Source: an uncultured virus (IMG/VR IMGVR_UViG_3300008119_000025)
Lineage: Duplodnaviria; Heunggongvirae; Uroviricota; Caudoviricetes
Strand: one strand, 5' to 3'
Length of the DNA: 64,000 nucleotides
Virus record (IMG/VR): IMGVR_UViG_3300008119_000025
The notes beneath the pieces are model-generated. The model did no database searches, was not told the DNA's origin, and was given only the letters and a program-made list of their open reading frames with translations. A program made the position numbers and the translations under genes. Shown piece by piece: positions 29,546 through 40,425 of the stretch (position 1 is the first letter of the stretch; each line of letters begins with the position of its first letter).

Positions 29546-30499
29546 TCAATACATATCCAAGTTTATGATTATGTTTGTATCGGTTATGCTAGATACAGGT
29601 AATGGTTGCGATAGTTTAGCTACAGCCAACAATTCTTTGTTGTTGTTGTACAGACCAACTGTGGTGATATATGGGTTGAAATATGAACCCGTGGCGAAAT
29701 CTGAAATGGTTCCACTGTTTGAGCTACCCGAAATGAGTGATGGGTTTTGCGAGAATGTAAATTCGTTTTGACGTAATGTACATTTGTATTGTGTCTCGTA
29801 TATAGTGGTGTGTGACTGGAATGAACAGGTCAAATTGGTTGATTCGATCCAGTTTAATATGGTTGGTGGGTTTGATTGACCATAGCTGCTGGTTCCAAAT
29901 ATACCTACACCCCATCCGCCTAACCCTTCTCCAGGTTCAGCAGTGATCAATACCATACCATGTTCATATATTACATCGCCTATTTTAAATTCACCGTAGT
30001 ATAAATTACCGTTCCCGTCATCGGTTGCTGATCCGCTTTCGCAGGTAATGGTGAATGTGTTTGGTTCGATGTATTCGCCGAATAAGTTAGATGGGATAGA
30101 TATTACCCCCACAGTGGCATTTGATTCTGTGGGGAAATATCTGTTTGCGGGAAGTGTTGAACCTAGGTAATTGTAATAACTCGGCGTGTATGTTCCACCT
30201 GTGATGGTTCCATCAGTATTAAATGATGCGGTTGCTACCGGTGAACCATTCACCCCATTTAAAAAATTCGAATAATATAACTCTTGTATGGATTTGTATA
30301 CCAAATGTTTGTCTTGTTGATATATAGTTCCAGTTGGGTTAGAACCGGATGTCCATAACGATGATGTTATGTTTTGACCAATGTAACGGTCTATACCGAT
30401 GTTGGTTAATTCAGTTTCACCATTCACGGTAAATTGTTTGTTTACTGCGAATGGGGAAACGTTTACGTCGGAGGTTACAAATGGTTTAAATACACTCAT
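29546..30499 (-). CDS. virion structural (tail/baseplate) protein
   Basis: Shares C-terminal YITTVGLYN..ELLAVAKLS motif with adjacent paralog. Confidence 0.65.
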   Translation of the reverse strand: MSVFKPFVTSDVNVSPFAVNKQFTVNGETELTNIGIDRYIGQNITSSLWTSGSNPTGTIYQQDKHLVYKSIQELYYSNFLNGVNGSPVATASFNTDGTITGGTYTPSYYNYLGSTLPANRYFPTESNATVGVISIPSNLFGEYIEPNTFTITCESGSATDDGNGNLYYGEFKIGDVIYEHGMVLITAEPGEGLGGWGVGIFGTSSYGQSNPPTILNWIESTNLTCSFQSHTTIYETQYKCTLRQNEFTFSQNPSLISGSSNSGTISDFATGSYFNPYITTVGLYNNNKELLAVAKLSQPLPVSSITDTNIIINLDMY

Positions 30500-30505
30500 A
30501 TAAAA

Positions 30506-31534
30506 TCAAAAATCGATTTTTGTGCGCAAAAGTATTTCTTTGGTGAAATCTTTCAATAACGGTTTGGATAATTTAGCTACAGCTAGTAACTCGTTTGAAT
30601 CGTTATATAAACCAACAGTAGTGACATATACTTGTGGATGGTTGATGAAATTAGGATATATTACTTCACCCGTTGACCCTGAAATGAAACTGGAGTTTTC
30701 TGAGTAATTGAATTCGCTATTTCTAGCGCGTACAAATATGTAGTCTGAAGTGATTGTTTCCTCTGAATTTAATGTGAATCCAGTACTATCAGGTAATGCA
30801 GCACCACCAGATATGGCTGTGAATATTTTTCGGTTGTTTAAACCATCTGTATCACTTGCGCGTGATGGAGCTATATGCAATGATTGAGATATAGCGTATG
30901 GGTTTAATAGGATTGTACCCAAATCTGGGAATACTAAGCCATATGAACCGGATCCAGCTACATACCCACCATTTCCGTTCCACGATGTACCGTTTGAACC
31001 GGATATAAGTTGATATGCTCTAGTTGCACCTAGGTATGAGTTGATAAGTATCTCTTGTGAGTCATCGGTTAATTGGATTGATGATAATCCACCACCAATT
31101 CCTTTCAATGTTAAGTTTAACGAGCCAGGGAAAAATGCCTCTTTGTAACATGCACGCTCAACTGATAATGCCCAGAAATGGTCACTTGTTATTGTGTTGG
31201 TACCGTTTCCGAATGTAAATGTTGCTGTTTCATCCTCCAATATCATTGAACGGTATTGACCGTACATTGTTTTGGATGGTGAATTTCCAGGTACAATATT
31301 GTTGAAATATTCACTACCACTACCTAATGCATCGCAATATACTACACTAAATTGTGTAGATGATGTAGCTGCAGTATCGTATATATTTAAGTAATATTTA
31401 CCCGCTGCGGATAATTCTTGGTTGGATGAGGTGAAAAATGTGGATAACTTTGGTGTACCCGAGGACCATACCGTGCCAGTGATTGTGTCACTGCTCACTA
31501 CGAAGTCTTCTGGGTCTAAACGTTTAAATGCCAT
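30506..31534 (-). CDS. virion structural (tail/baseplate) protein
   Basis: EFNYSEN...YVTTVGLYNDSNELLAVAKLSKP. Confidence 0.65.
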   Translation of the reverse strand: MAFKRLDPEDFVVSSDTITGTVWSSGTPKLSTFFTSSNQELSAAGKYYLNIYDTAATSSTQFSVVYCDALGSGSEYFNNIVPGNSPSKTMYGQYRSMILEDETATFTFGNGTNTITSDHFWALSVERACYKEAFFPGSLNLTLKGIGGGLSSIQLTDDSQEILINSYLGATRAYQLISGSNGTSWNGNGGYVAGSGSYGLVFPDLGTILLNPYAISQSLHIAPSRASDTDGLNNRKIFTAISGGAALPDSTGFTLNSEETITSDYIFVRARNSEFNYSENSSFISGSTGEVIYPNFINHPQVYVTTVGLYNDSNELLAVAKLSKPLLKDFTKEILLRTKIDF

Positions 31535-31546
31535 GTTTGATTATGT

Positions 31547-32203
31547 TTATGCTGTTTTATTAATAGTGATAGGAATAGTTACGCGTGCACCACTGTCTAA
31601 ACCTACTACTGTTAATGTACCCGCTAATTGAGTGTTTGAACCAAATAATGTGTTTACAGTAGTGGCGCGCATGTTGATTTGAGTACCGGTTACTGTTTGG
31701 GATACATTGGTTCCTAGTGTAGATGTTGATGTTGGTGTAGTTGCTGATGTATTGGTGATACCCACTCCATTAAATGTGTTCATTAATCGAATATCCGAAA
31801 TTGTAACTGAATAGCCACTTGTTTCGTAAATTTGATTGTTTCCTAAGTAATTTAATGTTTGTGGTGTAAGTGAAAGCGATGAACCTTGTTGTAGCGATAT
31901 TGCTGTGTAGCCTAAATCCAGTACAGGTAATTTTGCTGTTCCACGTGGCAATGTTGCTAATTTGTATTTCATGATTTGCGTTTCAATCGGGAACGCTTCT
32001 AGTAATGGCATATTGTCAATTGCCTCACCGTAAAATGCAGAACCTGATGGGTGTGTTGGGTTGTATAACGTGTAATCGATTTCGTCATCTGCCAATGCAA
32101 ATTGAGTGATGCGGAACGAGCCGTCGTTTTTGGCTAGTAACTCACGGCCTTTTTTGGTTAAAATGGCGTCGATTGTAACTGCCCCATTATTTAAATATCC
32201 CAT
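31547..32203 (-). CDS. virion structural protein
   Basis: DAILTKKGRELLA...ITQFALADDEIDY tail-attachment-like N-terminus. Confidence 0.65.
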   Translation of the reverse strand: MGYLNNGAVTIDAILTKKGRELLAKNDGSFRITQFALADDEIDYTLYNPTHPSGSAFYGEAIDNMPLLEAFPIETQIMKYKLATLPRGTAKLPVLDLGYTAISLQQGSSLSLTPQTLNYLGNNQIYETSGYSVTISDIRLMNTFNGVGITNTSATTPTSTSTLGTNVSQTVTGTQINMRATTVNTLFGSNTQLAGTLTVVGLDSGARVTIPITINKTA

Positions 32204-32262
32204 ATATTATATGTATTTGAATTATTATGTGTGATGTATGGTTAATATACTAATAAATATCA

Positions 32263-35200
32263 CTAGAGCAAACCTTTCTGTGTAAGATCCACGATAAACT
32301 CGTCGATTCCCTTGTCTAGTTCATCATCATCTTCAAATCTGAATTCATCACCGCGTTGGATACCCCATGGAGTTAATATTTGGTTGGATGGTTCATTGTA
32401 TCCGGAATTGTCTATACCCTTGAAATACCATGTTGGGTTAATTTTATTTTCGGCAAATAAACCATTTAATTTAGATGCACCTACGGTTAATTGTAGACCA
32501 TTAATTGGGGCCGATAATATAGGTTCCCATATAGATGAGGTAATAGTAATTGATGGTTGTGCTCCAGGAGAAGGGGATTGGGTAATATTCCAAGCACTAC
32601 TTCGGATAGTGTATTCATTTCCTGAGCTATCAAATCTGTATGCTATAGCAAATTTATGCCCAGCATATGAGATTAATTGGTTTGAAGTGAAGAGATGGGA
32701 TACTGTAATTAAGGTATGTGGTGGTGAAGATGGAGCAGGGTTTAATTGGATTGTTTCTTTAATAATTTCCCCTGTGGTTAAATTAACAATAGCTAAATGG
32801 GTATACCCAGTATTATCATATGATTCAGCATTAACATATATAGAGCATGTAGTGGTTAATTGGATAGTTGATGCATCATTTACTATTTGATTATTTAATG
32901 TATATGGTTCGTATAGACAATAATAAATATTTGATGCTAGACTATAGGCATAATAATTAGTAGTACCTAAATCCCAATCACAAAATTTATATGTACCATA
33001 TGGTGACCCATTCACAAATGCTTTAATTGGAGAAACACCACATGTTCCAGACGAATCTATATTAGTACCGAAATTTCCGGCATGCACATAATTACCCACC
33101 GCGGCCGCTGATCTATTTTCAAATTCAATACTGCTAGTCCATTGAGCAGGTGATGAACCTGATTGGTTATGCAATATCGGTTCAACTCTAGTTGCACCAC
33201 GTACCACTTCACGATAATTTGTATTGTAATCGGGGCCCTGGAATGTTGAGTATTCAGCGGAATTTTGTGTAGCTAAAAATACACGCTCGCCTGTTTGGAA
33301 ATTACCTTGATTTAATTGTAGCGAGAATGGGGTAACATTAGGTGTGGATACAGTACCATCCTGGTTGATTAAATATTTTACAAATGCGGTTGATGTACCT
33401 AGTCGCTCAGGTACAGCACTTGTTATTGATTCACAATATGCAACAGTGGTACGTAAATCATCTGCTGATGGTGTTTTACCGTAATTACCGGTAGAACCAG
33501 ATTCCCATACATTGGTGCGGGTAGAGGTATTTTTCACCCCATCGTATCTCGGTTCACGGTGGCGTCTAGTTGTGTAGTTTGAATCCGGAATAGGGAATTT
33601 GGATGCACTGCCCGAAATGATTAAATCAAAATTGATTGGTGAATTGGAGCCTGTTGGGGACATGGTTGAATAGTCAACGTCCATGAATAAAGTACCAACT
33701 CGTGTATCTTCAACATTGTTTAACATTGGATCGTGCCCACTGTTTGGGTTGTGTAAACTTTGTGTTGTTGCGATTAAGTGGGTGCCAGGTAATTCACCAT
33801 TGTAAAATTCGTCTTGTGTTGAATTAGTACGCGAAACTGAACCGGATAACGTTTGGAATGATTCGCTCCACACCTGCTGCGTATTTTCTACTGTGTTGAA
33901 TTTTTCAAATGAACCCGCAGTACCACCATTTGTATTGTATACGAGTCCGTCTTGGTATCCGTTCCATTGTGGTGTAACGGAAGCAGACATTTCAATGTTG
34001 CTGTGTTCGATTTGTGGCTGTGCGTATTTGTTTCGCTCAAGTATATGTTGTTTAATTACAATTCCAGATGCTAAACTGGTGCGAACCGGAACGAAATCAC
34101 GGATCATTTTGAATAGCGAATTGTCGAAGAATTTAATTAAACGTATGAAATCAACTAAATTGTAGTTTTTGGTGTATTTCTGGAAGTATGCGTTTCGTAG
34201 TGTATCTAAATCTGGGTATGTCTGTTTAGAATTAGATCGCTGTCTAGGGTCACCTATATATTCGCCAATATTGAATGAACCGATTTGGGATGCAATATCG
34301 TCGTTTATTTCGTTTTGTGGTGAAAATGCCACCTCCAAATAGTTAATATTTGGTGTGTAGCTAGAGCTAGCGTTGGTTTGCTGCGATAGAACTTTGAATG
34401 GCGATAACGTATCACCCGATGGAAGTACGTTGTCTTCCACGCGTATTTTATCCGATATCGCGTTTTTAATACCAACTATAGGTTGGTCAATATATATATG
34501 TTCTACGTTTGGTAGGAAATGTGGTGATGCATCGAAATAGAAATCACTGTGTCCGTTAAATGAGTGAACTGTATTCCACGAGCCAGTCACTCTTGGGTGA
34601 ATGGATGATGTACCTAAATATAACTCACCGCCCACAGGTGCTCTAAATGCGAGTACATCTGGTGATGAATTGAGTGTGTTTCCTTCAATTGAATACGGGT
34701 TCATAACGTAGTCTTTAAATACGTTAACGCCTATCACATCGCTATAGTAGCGTATCTCTTGGTACGAACCAGTGAATGGTGTAAATGAATCCGAAATGTT
34801 TCCTAATTCATCGTATACATTGACATTGTATACTGCTATATCGTATCCCATTGGATCGCGTACATCAAATGCAGCTGGGAAGTACGATATATTGGTTGAT
34901 GTCCATCTAGATGGAGTTGTGGTGATTGAACTGGATGCTAAATGGTTGATGCGGGTTAAATTATCGCCGCTACCCTCTGGTTGGTCTCCAGCATATAATG
35001 TGAATGTGTTTTGGTCTCGGGTAACCATTACTGACCACCAGTCACCATTGTATACAGGTAAATACAAGCTAGCGGTAGCTGTGTTTACGTTTGTGTTTGG
35101 ATAAAATGTTAAATGTGCGTATTGGTATTGTGGGTCAATAATGGAACCGCTATATGAACCACTTGTATATCCAGAGCCAGTGTAAATGATAGATAATGCA

Positions 35201-37191
35201 GATCCGCCATCACCGTACCATAAACTTTGGGATGGTTGTATACCGGTTTCAGGCAAACCATATGTTTTGAATCGGAACATAAGTGTTTCCGGCACATCGT
35301 TTGCTGAATTCCATTCTGGGTTTAGTGCCCATGATGACGATATGAAGTTACTTCCGCTAGTGGAGAATTCGTAGTTGAATTCGTTTTGCCAGTAGTCCCA
35401 GTCATTTGAATTCACTTTATCCTTACCGCCATATTCGTTTATTCTCAATATAGTATCTGGAATACCGTATGAGGTAATCAATGCGCGCAATCCAGGTAAA
35501 GTACCTTTTGCTTTAAGTAGATATGGAATGTTGTGGTATAAACGTTTATATAACGATTTATTTACATCATCCATCGGCATGTTATCATTGGATGCCGATA
35601 CAAACATGTCTATATATTCAAATCCAGATGGTGTAGGTAATGAACCAGTGATGTTCGGGAATGGGAATACACTGCCTTGTGGGGTCAAACCCAAAAATGC
35701 GGAGAATAAATCCTCGTTGCTGTAGTTGTTTTGGTATAATTTAATACCAAAGTCGCGTATAGCATCGGCAACTATGTCTTTTGACATACCCTGTTCTAAA
35801 CGGTTGTCCGCGTTGTATCGTTGCGTTACTTCGCTGTAGTATATCCAAATATTGTCGTAGTGTTGACCCAGCATGTTTATGAATAATTCATATGGTGCGT
35901 TGTTTGGATCCTCGCGCAAATATTCTGGTATGGAGTATATTAAGTTGTTTGGGTTAGTGTTGTCAAATAGTGATGCAGTCACTATCATTCCACCATACAA
36001 TGGACTATATTCGTTCAAACTACCAATCCATGATTCAACAGCCGGGCTATCGGTTTTGGCTAATTCATATGGTTGGGTAGAATTAGTTTTAGGCCATGCA
36101 TATGAGCTGGATTCAAAGTATAGGAAATAATCATATCCATCAAAATTAGTAATGATGTTGTTGATTTTTTCATCGTACACCGTTTTACTGTTGATTGTTT
36201 CAGTTGGTGATGATGTGGTATTGTCTAGTAGTGCTATGGATGCTGAGTATTGCTCGATCATTACCATCTTGTGGTAGAAATTCTCGAGACGTGTTTTAGC
36301 GGAACTAAAATGGATGAAGTTATTGTAGTCCGTGTAGTCAATGTTTATGTCGATTTCTTTCTCTTCAAGTAAACTATTGATTTGGTAATATGAGCTGGAT
36401 GATTGGGTTGAAATTAAATCAGCATATGTTAATTCGTTGGTTGAATTGTTGATTTGATCTTTAACGCTGATATTGAAATTCGGTCCTTTAATTGGTGTTG
36501 TATCGGTGAATACAATTGGTTCATCCTCGAATTTTACTTGGTATGTTGTAGGTTCTTCGAATGATGTAACTAACCACAATACAGCATTTAAATCATATTC
36601 ACCTGGTAGTGGCTCATATAGTTTAACTAGTATGGATGGGTCAGATTCATTAGTAACATCCAGTACAATATTGTTGGCCAACACCAATTTGTTTTCACCA
36701 AAATTGAGGTAAAAATCAACAAAATATTGACTGTTTTCACGTTCAGTGATGAATTTGTTGGTTTGCTCAATGATATCTAATGCATTTAATGTAGTGCTGT
36801 CTAATCGTAACTCAGTGCGGTCAGCAGATACTTCAGCTATGTACAGTTTTTCTAAATCAGAACCAACTTGTTTGTTGTAGAAGCTATATTGAGTGATGAA
36901 TTCACCCTGGATGAATGATAGATCGGTTAAGTTTTTTTCAGGGTCGAATGTGATTTGGGATAGTTCGTTTGATAATGACGATTGCCCATCATTCAATACT
37001 GAATAATTTTTGAAATTGTATTCGGAATGGAGTAAATTTAAGTTATTGTCGTATACGAAAAATTCAATGGTGCTATTTGCTACTAACGTGGTGTTGGTTT
37101 CAAATGATGGTATTAAATTTGTATCTTGTATTTCGTATGAAGGTAAATCTATTCCAATTGGTTCAGATAATTGTGTAATTTCAACAGCCAT
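32263..37191 (-). CDS. large baseplate/tail structural protein
   Basis: 1642 aa; LLKAKGT..GLRALITSYG motif typical of baseplate wedge/tail proteins; LamG-like middle region. Confidence 0.7.
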   Translation of the reverse strand: MAVEITQLSEPIGIDLPSYEIQDTNLIPSFETNTTLVANSTIEFFVYDNNLNLLHSEYNFKNYSVLNDGQSSLSNELSQITFDPEKNLTDLSFIQGEFITQYSFYNKQVGSDLEKLYIAEVSADRTELRLDSTTLNALDIIEQTNKFITERENSQYFVDFYLNFGENKLVLANNIVLDVTNESDPSILVKLYEPLPGEYDLNAVLWLVTSFEEPTTYQVKFEDEPIVFTDTTPIKGPNFNISVKDQINNSTNELTYADLISTQSSSSYYQINSLLEEKEIDINIDYTDYNNFIHFSSAKTRLENFYHKMVMIEQYSASIALLDNTTSSPTETINSKTVYDEKINNIITNFDGYDYFLYFESSSYAWPKTNSTQPYELAKTDSPAVESWIGSLNEYSPLYGGMIVTASLFDNTNPNNLIYSIPEYLREDPNNAPYELFINMLGQHYDNIWIYYSEVTQRYNADNRLEQGMSKDIVADAIRDFGIKLYQNNYSNEDLFSAFLGLTPQGSVFPFPNITGSLPTPSGFEYIDMFVSASNDNMPMDDVNKSLYKRLYHNIPYLLKAKGTLPGLRALITSYGIPDTILRINEYGGKDKVNSNDWDYWQNEFNYEFSTSGSNFISSSWALNPEWNSANDVPETLMFRFKTYGLPETGIQPSQSLWYGDGGSALSIIYTGSGYTSGSYSGSIIDPQYQYAHLTFYPNTNVNTATASLYLPVYNGDWWSVMVTRDQNTFTLYAGDQPEGSGDNLTRINHLASSSITTTPSRWTSTNISYFPAAFDVRDPMGYDIAVYNVNVYDELGNISDSFTPFTGSYQEIRYYSDVIGVNVFKDYVMNPYSIEGNTLNSSPDVLAFRAPVGGELYLGTSSIHPRVTGSWNTVHSFNGHSDFYFDASPHFLPNVEHIYIDQPIVGIKNAISDKIRVEDNVLPSGDTLSPFKVLSQQTNASSSYTPNINYLEVAFSPQNEINDDIASQIGSFNIGEYIGDPRQRSNSKQTYPDLDTLRNAYFQKYTKNYNLVDFIRLIKFFDNSLFKMIRDFVPVRTSLASGIVIKQHILERNKYAQPQIEHSNIEMSASVTPQWNGYQDGLVYNTNGGTAGSFEKFNTVENTQQVWSESFQTLSGSVSRTNSTQDEFYNGELPGTHLIATTQSLHNPNSGHDPMLNNVEDTRVGTLFMDVDYSTMSPTGSNSPINFDLIISGSASKFPIPDSNYTTRRHREPRYDGVKNTSTRTNVWESGSTGNYGKTPSADDLRTTVAYCESITSAVPERLGTSTAFVKYLINQDGTVSTPNVTPFSLQLNQGNFQTGERVFLATQNSAEYSTFQGPDYNTNYREVVRGATRVEPILHNQSGSSPAQWTSSIEFENRSAAAVGNYVHAGNFGTNIDSSGTCGVSPIKAFVNGSPYGTYKFCDWDLGTTNYYAYSLASNIYYCLYEPYTLNNQIVNDASTIQLTTTCSIYVNAESYDNTGYTHLAIVNLTTGEIIKETIQLNPAPSSPPHTLITVSHLFTSNQLISYAGHKFAIAYRFDSSGNEYTIRSSAWNITQSPSPGAQPSITITSSIWEPILSAPINGLQLTVGASKLNGLFAENKINPTWYFKGIDNSGYNEPSNQILTPWGIQRGDEFRFEDDDELDKGIDEFIVDLTQKGLL

Positions 37192-37194
37192 TTA

Positions 37195-37539
37195 TTATTT
37201 GGTTTGTGTTTGTAACTCTATTACTTGTTTTTGGGATTCAAGTAAATCCATTCGTAGTTGCGCAATTTCAGCCTGCAATGCAGTTATTTCTTCTAAATTG
37301 GATTGATAATTGATATATTCACTACTTTTAGTAATTATATATTCATGTGAATTAATTCCAGTTTCAGGTATGTCGTAGAATAATTCGTTGTACATTTCAA
37401 AAAATGCTTCAACAGTAGGTCTGTCTTCAAGTTGTTGCTGTATAGTTTGTACACCAAGTTGTTTAAATGATGTGTCTATTACTTTAGTATAGTATCCTTT
37501 ATTGTATACCTGTTTGGCAAACTTTACATTCTCGCTCAT
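37195..37539 (-). CDS. hypothetical baseplate-module protein
   Basis: 114 aa ORF with C-terminal coiled coil. Confidence 0.6.
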   Translation of the reverse strand: MSENVKFAKQVYNKGYYTKVIDTSFKQLGVQTIQQQLEDRPTVEAFFEMYNELFYDIPETGINSHEYIITKSSEYINYQSNLEEITALQAEIAQLRMDLLESQKQVIELQTQTK

Positions 37540-38622
37540 CCGTTAATAACTTTAAAATAGTAATTATCGTCAAATATAACCGTGGAACCGTTTATTTCAG
37601 TTTTAATTACTATTGCATAGTAACGCTCAGGCTCTAAACCATTCATATACACAGTGAAATAATTTCCTCTACTGTCTGCACTGATTTGCGTATAGTCAGT
37701 GCTAAAGTTACAAACGTATTCGTTGGTATCCAAGTCTTTTATAGCGAAATATGAAGAAGTAGGTAAATAGTTAATACCGGTGAATAAAGAACTGGTCTGG
37801 AATGTACGAGTTGGGTATAACTGGCTTACGTTAAGGTAAAATCTGTTGATGCTTTCCGGCCTGAATGTAGATGGGTTTTCAGCAAGTGATATTTTGATAT
37901 CCTTAGTGGCAACTATACTGGATGATGCCGATCCGGTTAATATGGTTGTGTAGTCTCTCCACTGGAATTCAAGGTGTGGAGGGTATATAGTGTTAGTGTC
38001 TACACTGTAGTATTTGAGTTCAGGTTGGGCGTTTTGATTAGATTCGAATTCGAATGAGCTAGATAATTTGGTAATGAAACCATAATTAGGTATTGCTTCA
38101 TAGTACCACGCGTCAACAATTGGAGTTACATCAGCTTCGATGTCTTTTAAATCGGCTGGTTTAAATAAGTATTGTGATGGTGAATTGATTTGATCAACAG
38201 ATACATATGTTGGTAGTACATAATTGTATAAAACATATATGCTACCCGATTCATCGTATATCCAGTTACCACCACCCTGTACTGTAGATGTTGGATCGTA
38301 TGAGCTGGTGAATGTAAATCCGTTTATGCTACCCGATTCAGCCCATGTACCAGTTCCGGCATATGTTGGGGTACTCCAGCAAGCACGCAGTTGCAATAAA
38401 ATTTCGTAACGAAACGCTATATTGTGCCCCTTTTATGGTATTGTCAATTATGTCCTTTATTTCATCTGTATCGTATAGCGATAAATAACGTGCTATTTGT
38501 GGTTTACCAGATGGGTCTAGTTTATTGAATATTTCACATATAGCATCCATTCCCGAATTTTCGTCAGGGTAGTATGAATATAAAGTGGTATCTTGTAGGG
38601 GGAATAGTTTATATATCGCCAT
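37536..38622 (-). pseudogene. structural protein gene split by a frame change near 38386
   Basis: 94 aa and 286 aa ORFs overlap out of frame; the second has only a TTG start; both read as one protein joined at ACTGC/GTGCT. Confidence 0.6.
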
Positions 38623-38657
38623 TTAATATATTTTATTATAAATATGGCGATATATAA
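38609..38657 (-). promoter_or_regulatory. start-codon-sequestering hairpin overlapping a late promoter
   Basis: Perfect 14-bp inverted repeat TTATATATCGCCAT/ATGGCGATATATAA; CATATTTATA at 38637-38646. Confidence 0.7.
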
Positions 38658-38662
38658 CTTTA

Positions 38663-40416
38663 CTATAGGGGAACTATACGACCTTTAATATCCGTGTCTG
38701 GGTATCTAAGTTCAAATATGCTTGGGTCAAGCGATGGGTATATGACTTGGTTTTGGGTTGCGCCCTCTATATCGTATGCATATCTCGAGTATCCAGATGA
38801 TGTACCCGCTTTGTTTTCGATTTTGATGGATTTAACGGTTTGTACACCTTTTACTTTGTCTAAAAGTATATATAAATCGCGTATCATTATTGGTTGATTG
38901 ATTTGCCAACGATCCAGGCTAAAATAGTTTCGTATTTCGTTTATACAACTTAGCAATACTTCATTGTTGTTGCTATTTGGTGTGGTAATTAATTCGAAAT
39001 TAACGCCAATGTTGATGATATGAGCATCACGTATTTCAATATTGTCACCAATCATTCTATATTGTGATAGATATGTGCGTAAATTTTCCTTTAATGTTTC
39101 AGATGCGTAGTCAAGTTGGCCATTTGAATTTTGAGACAATACATGCATGTTCAATGTTTCAATGGTGGATACTTGATTGTCTGTTAATTTAGGTTGTTCA
39201 ATGAATACTTTACTAACTGCACCATAATCTGATGGCATACTAAGTGCGCGAATCAGGTAATCATCTGCGGTTACTGAGCGGTTCTGTGATGCAATCAGCA
39301 TCAGCGTGTTCTGGCGGATTTCCTCCGTTGTATCGCCGCCTTTCCCCCCACTAGCAGCCAATGGGTTATTTGATGCCAATGATGCAAATATGTAATTTGA
39401 TGTGGTTGGGTTTAAGTTGGTTTGGTTAAATTTAGTATTGGTTGTAGAAATTGATGTCAATGTATTTGCGGGCATGTTGGATGATACACCTCCACCAACT
39501 AAATAGCGAACCGTCAATACTGTATTTGCTGGGGATATGCCATAAGTTCCAGTGTATAGGAAATTGGTTGGTGAATATGCCGCTGTTAATTTGTCTTGTT
39601 TGAATGGCAATCCCAGCCCCACATTGTTTGGGTTTGGAATAACTTCCTCGTCTGTATTGTTAGGCGCACCTGCACCGAATTGAAGTTGAAGTGTGTTTTG
39701 AGATGTGAATCGAGTTGCGAATCTACGTTGTACTTTTTTAAGTCGCAATAAATACGGTACATCTTTGCCACTGTTTGGGTCATTGATGTTTGTATTTTTG
39801 ATTGAATCCATGACCATTTCTTGACCCAAATGGTCTACCTCGTACCATATGTTTCCATCCGAATCTACCACGTCCAATATTTTAATGATACTACTATCAT
39901 TGATATTCACGGTAGCAAATTGTTGTGGGTCGCTGAATGAGAATGTGGTTGATTTGATTGCAGCTGACATGGCTTTGCGTGACTTTTTCAATAAGTAATA
40001 TTGTGGTACGCCACCTGCTATTTGGTATACAGATACCTCGGTTGGATCTTGCGAGCTGGATGTAGCGAAGTCAACTTTGTCTTGGATTAAAAATGATAAT
40101 CCATTTGCCGATATTGTGGTATTTTCACCTACTGTCAATGCGTATGAATAATCTGGTGCTACATCACCTCCACCAATTGATATAGCTGGTAATTGTTGAT
40201 AGATATCAATTGTTGGATGAAGTTTTCTTGGATTTGATTGTCCAGGTAAAAACTCAATACGTCACCAACATATGCTGATTGTTCCATGACCATCATTCCC
40301 GGTGAGGTAGGGCTGAAGTCAGTGTATGTGTTTGGGAAGTATGTTTTGGTGTATTCTATTAACCGTTGTCTAAAACTGGAGAAATCGCGGTTTAAGTATT
40401 TGATATCTTGACTCAT
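38663..40416 (-). pseudogene. baseplate wedge protein (T4 gp6-like) split by a frame change near 40213
   Basis: N-terminal RDFSSFRQRLIEY...YVGDVLSFYLDNQIQENF in one frame; LQFG, YLVGGG, ASGGKGGDT, SQNRSVTADDY in another. Confidence 0.75.
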
Positions 40417-40425
40417 TGTTTTTAA

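Noticed and set aside
40200..40260. Programmed -1 frameshift in the wedge gene
   Set aside because: No canonical slippery heptamer, and a shift would not restore the missing conserved segment
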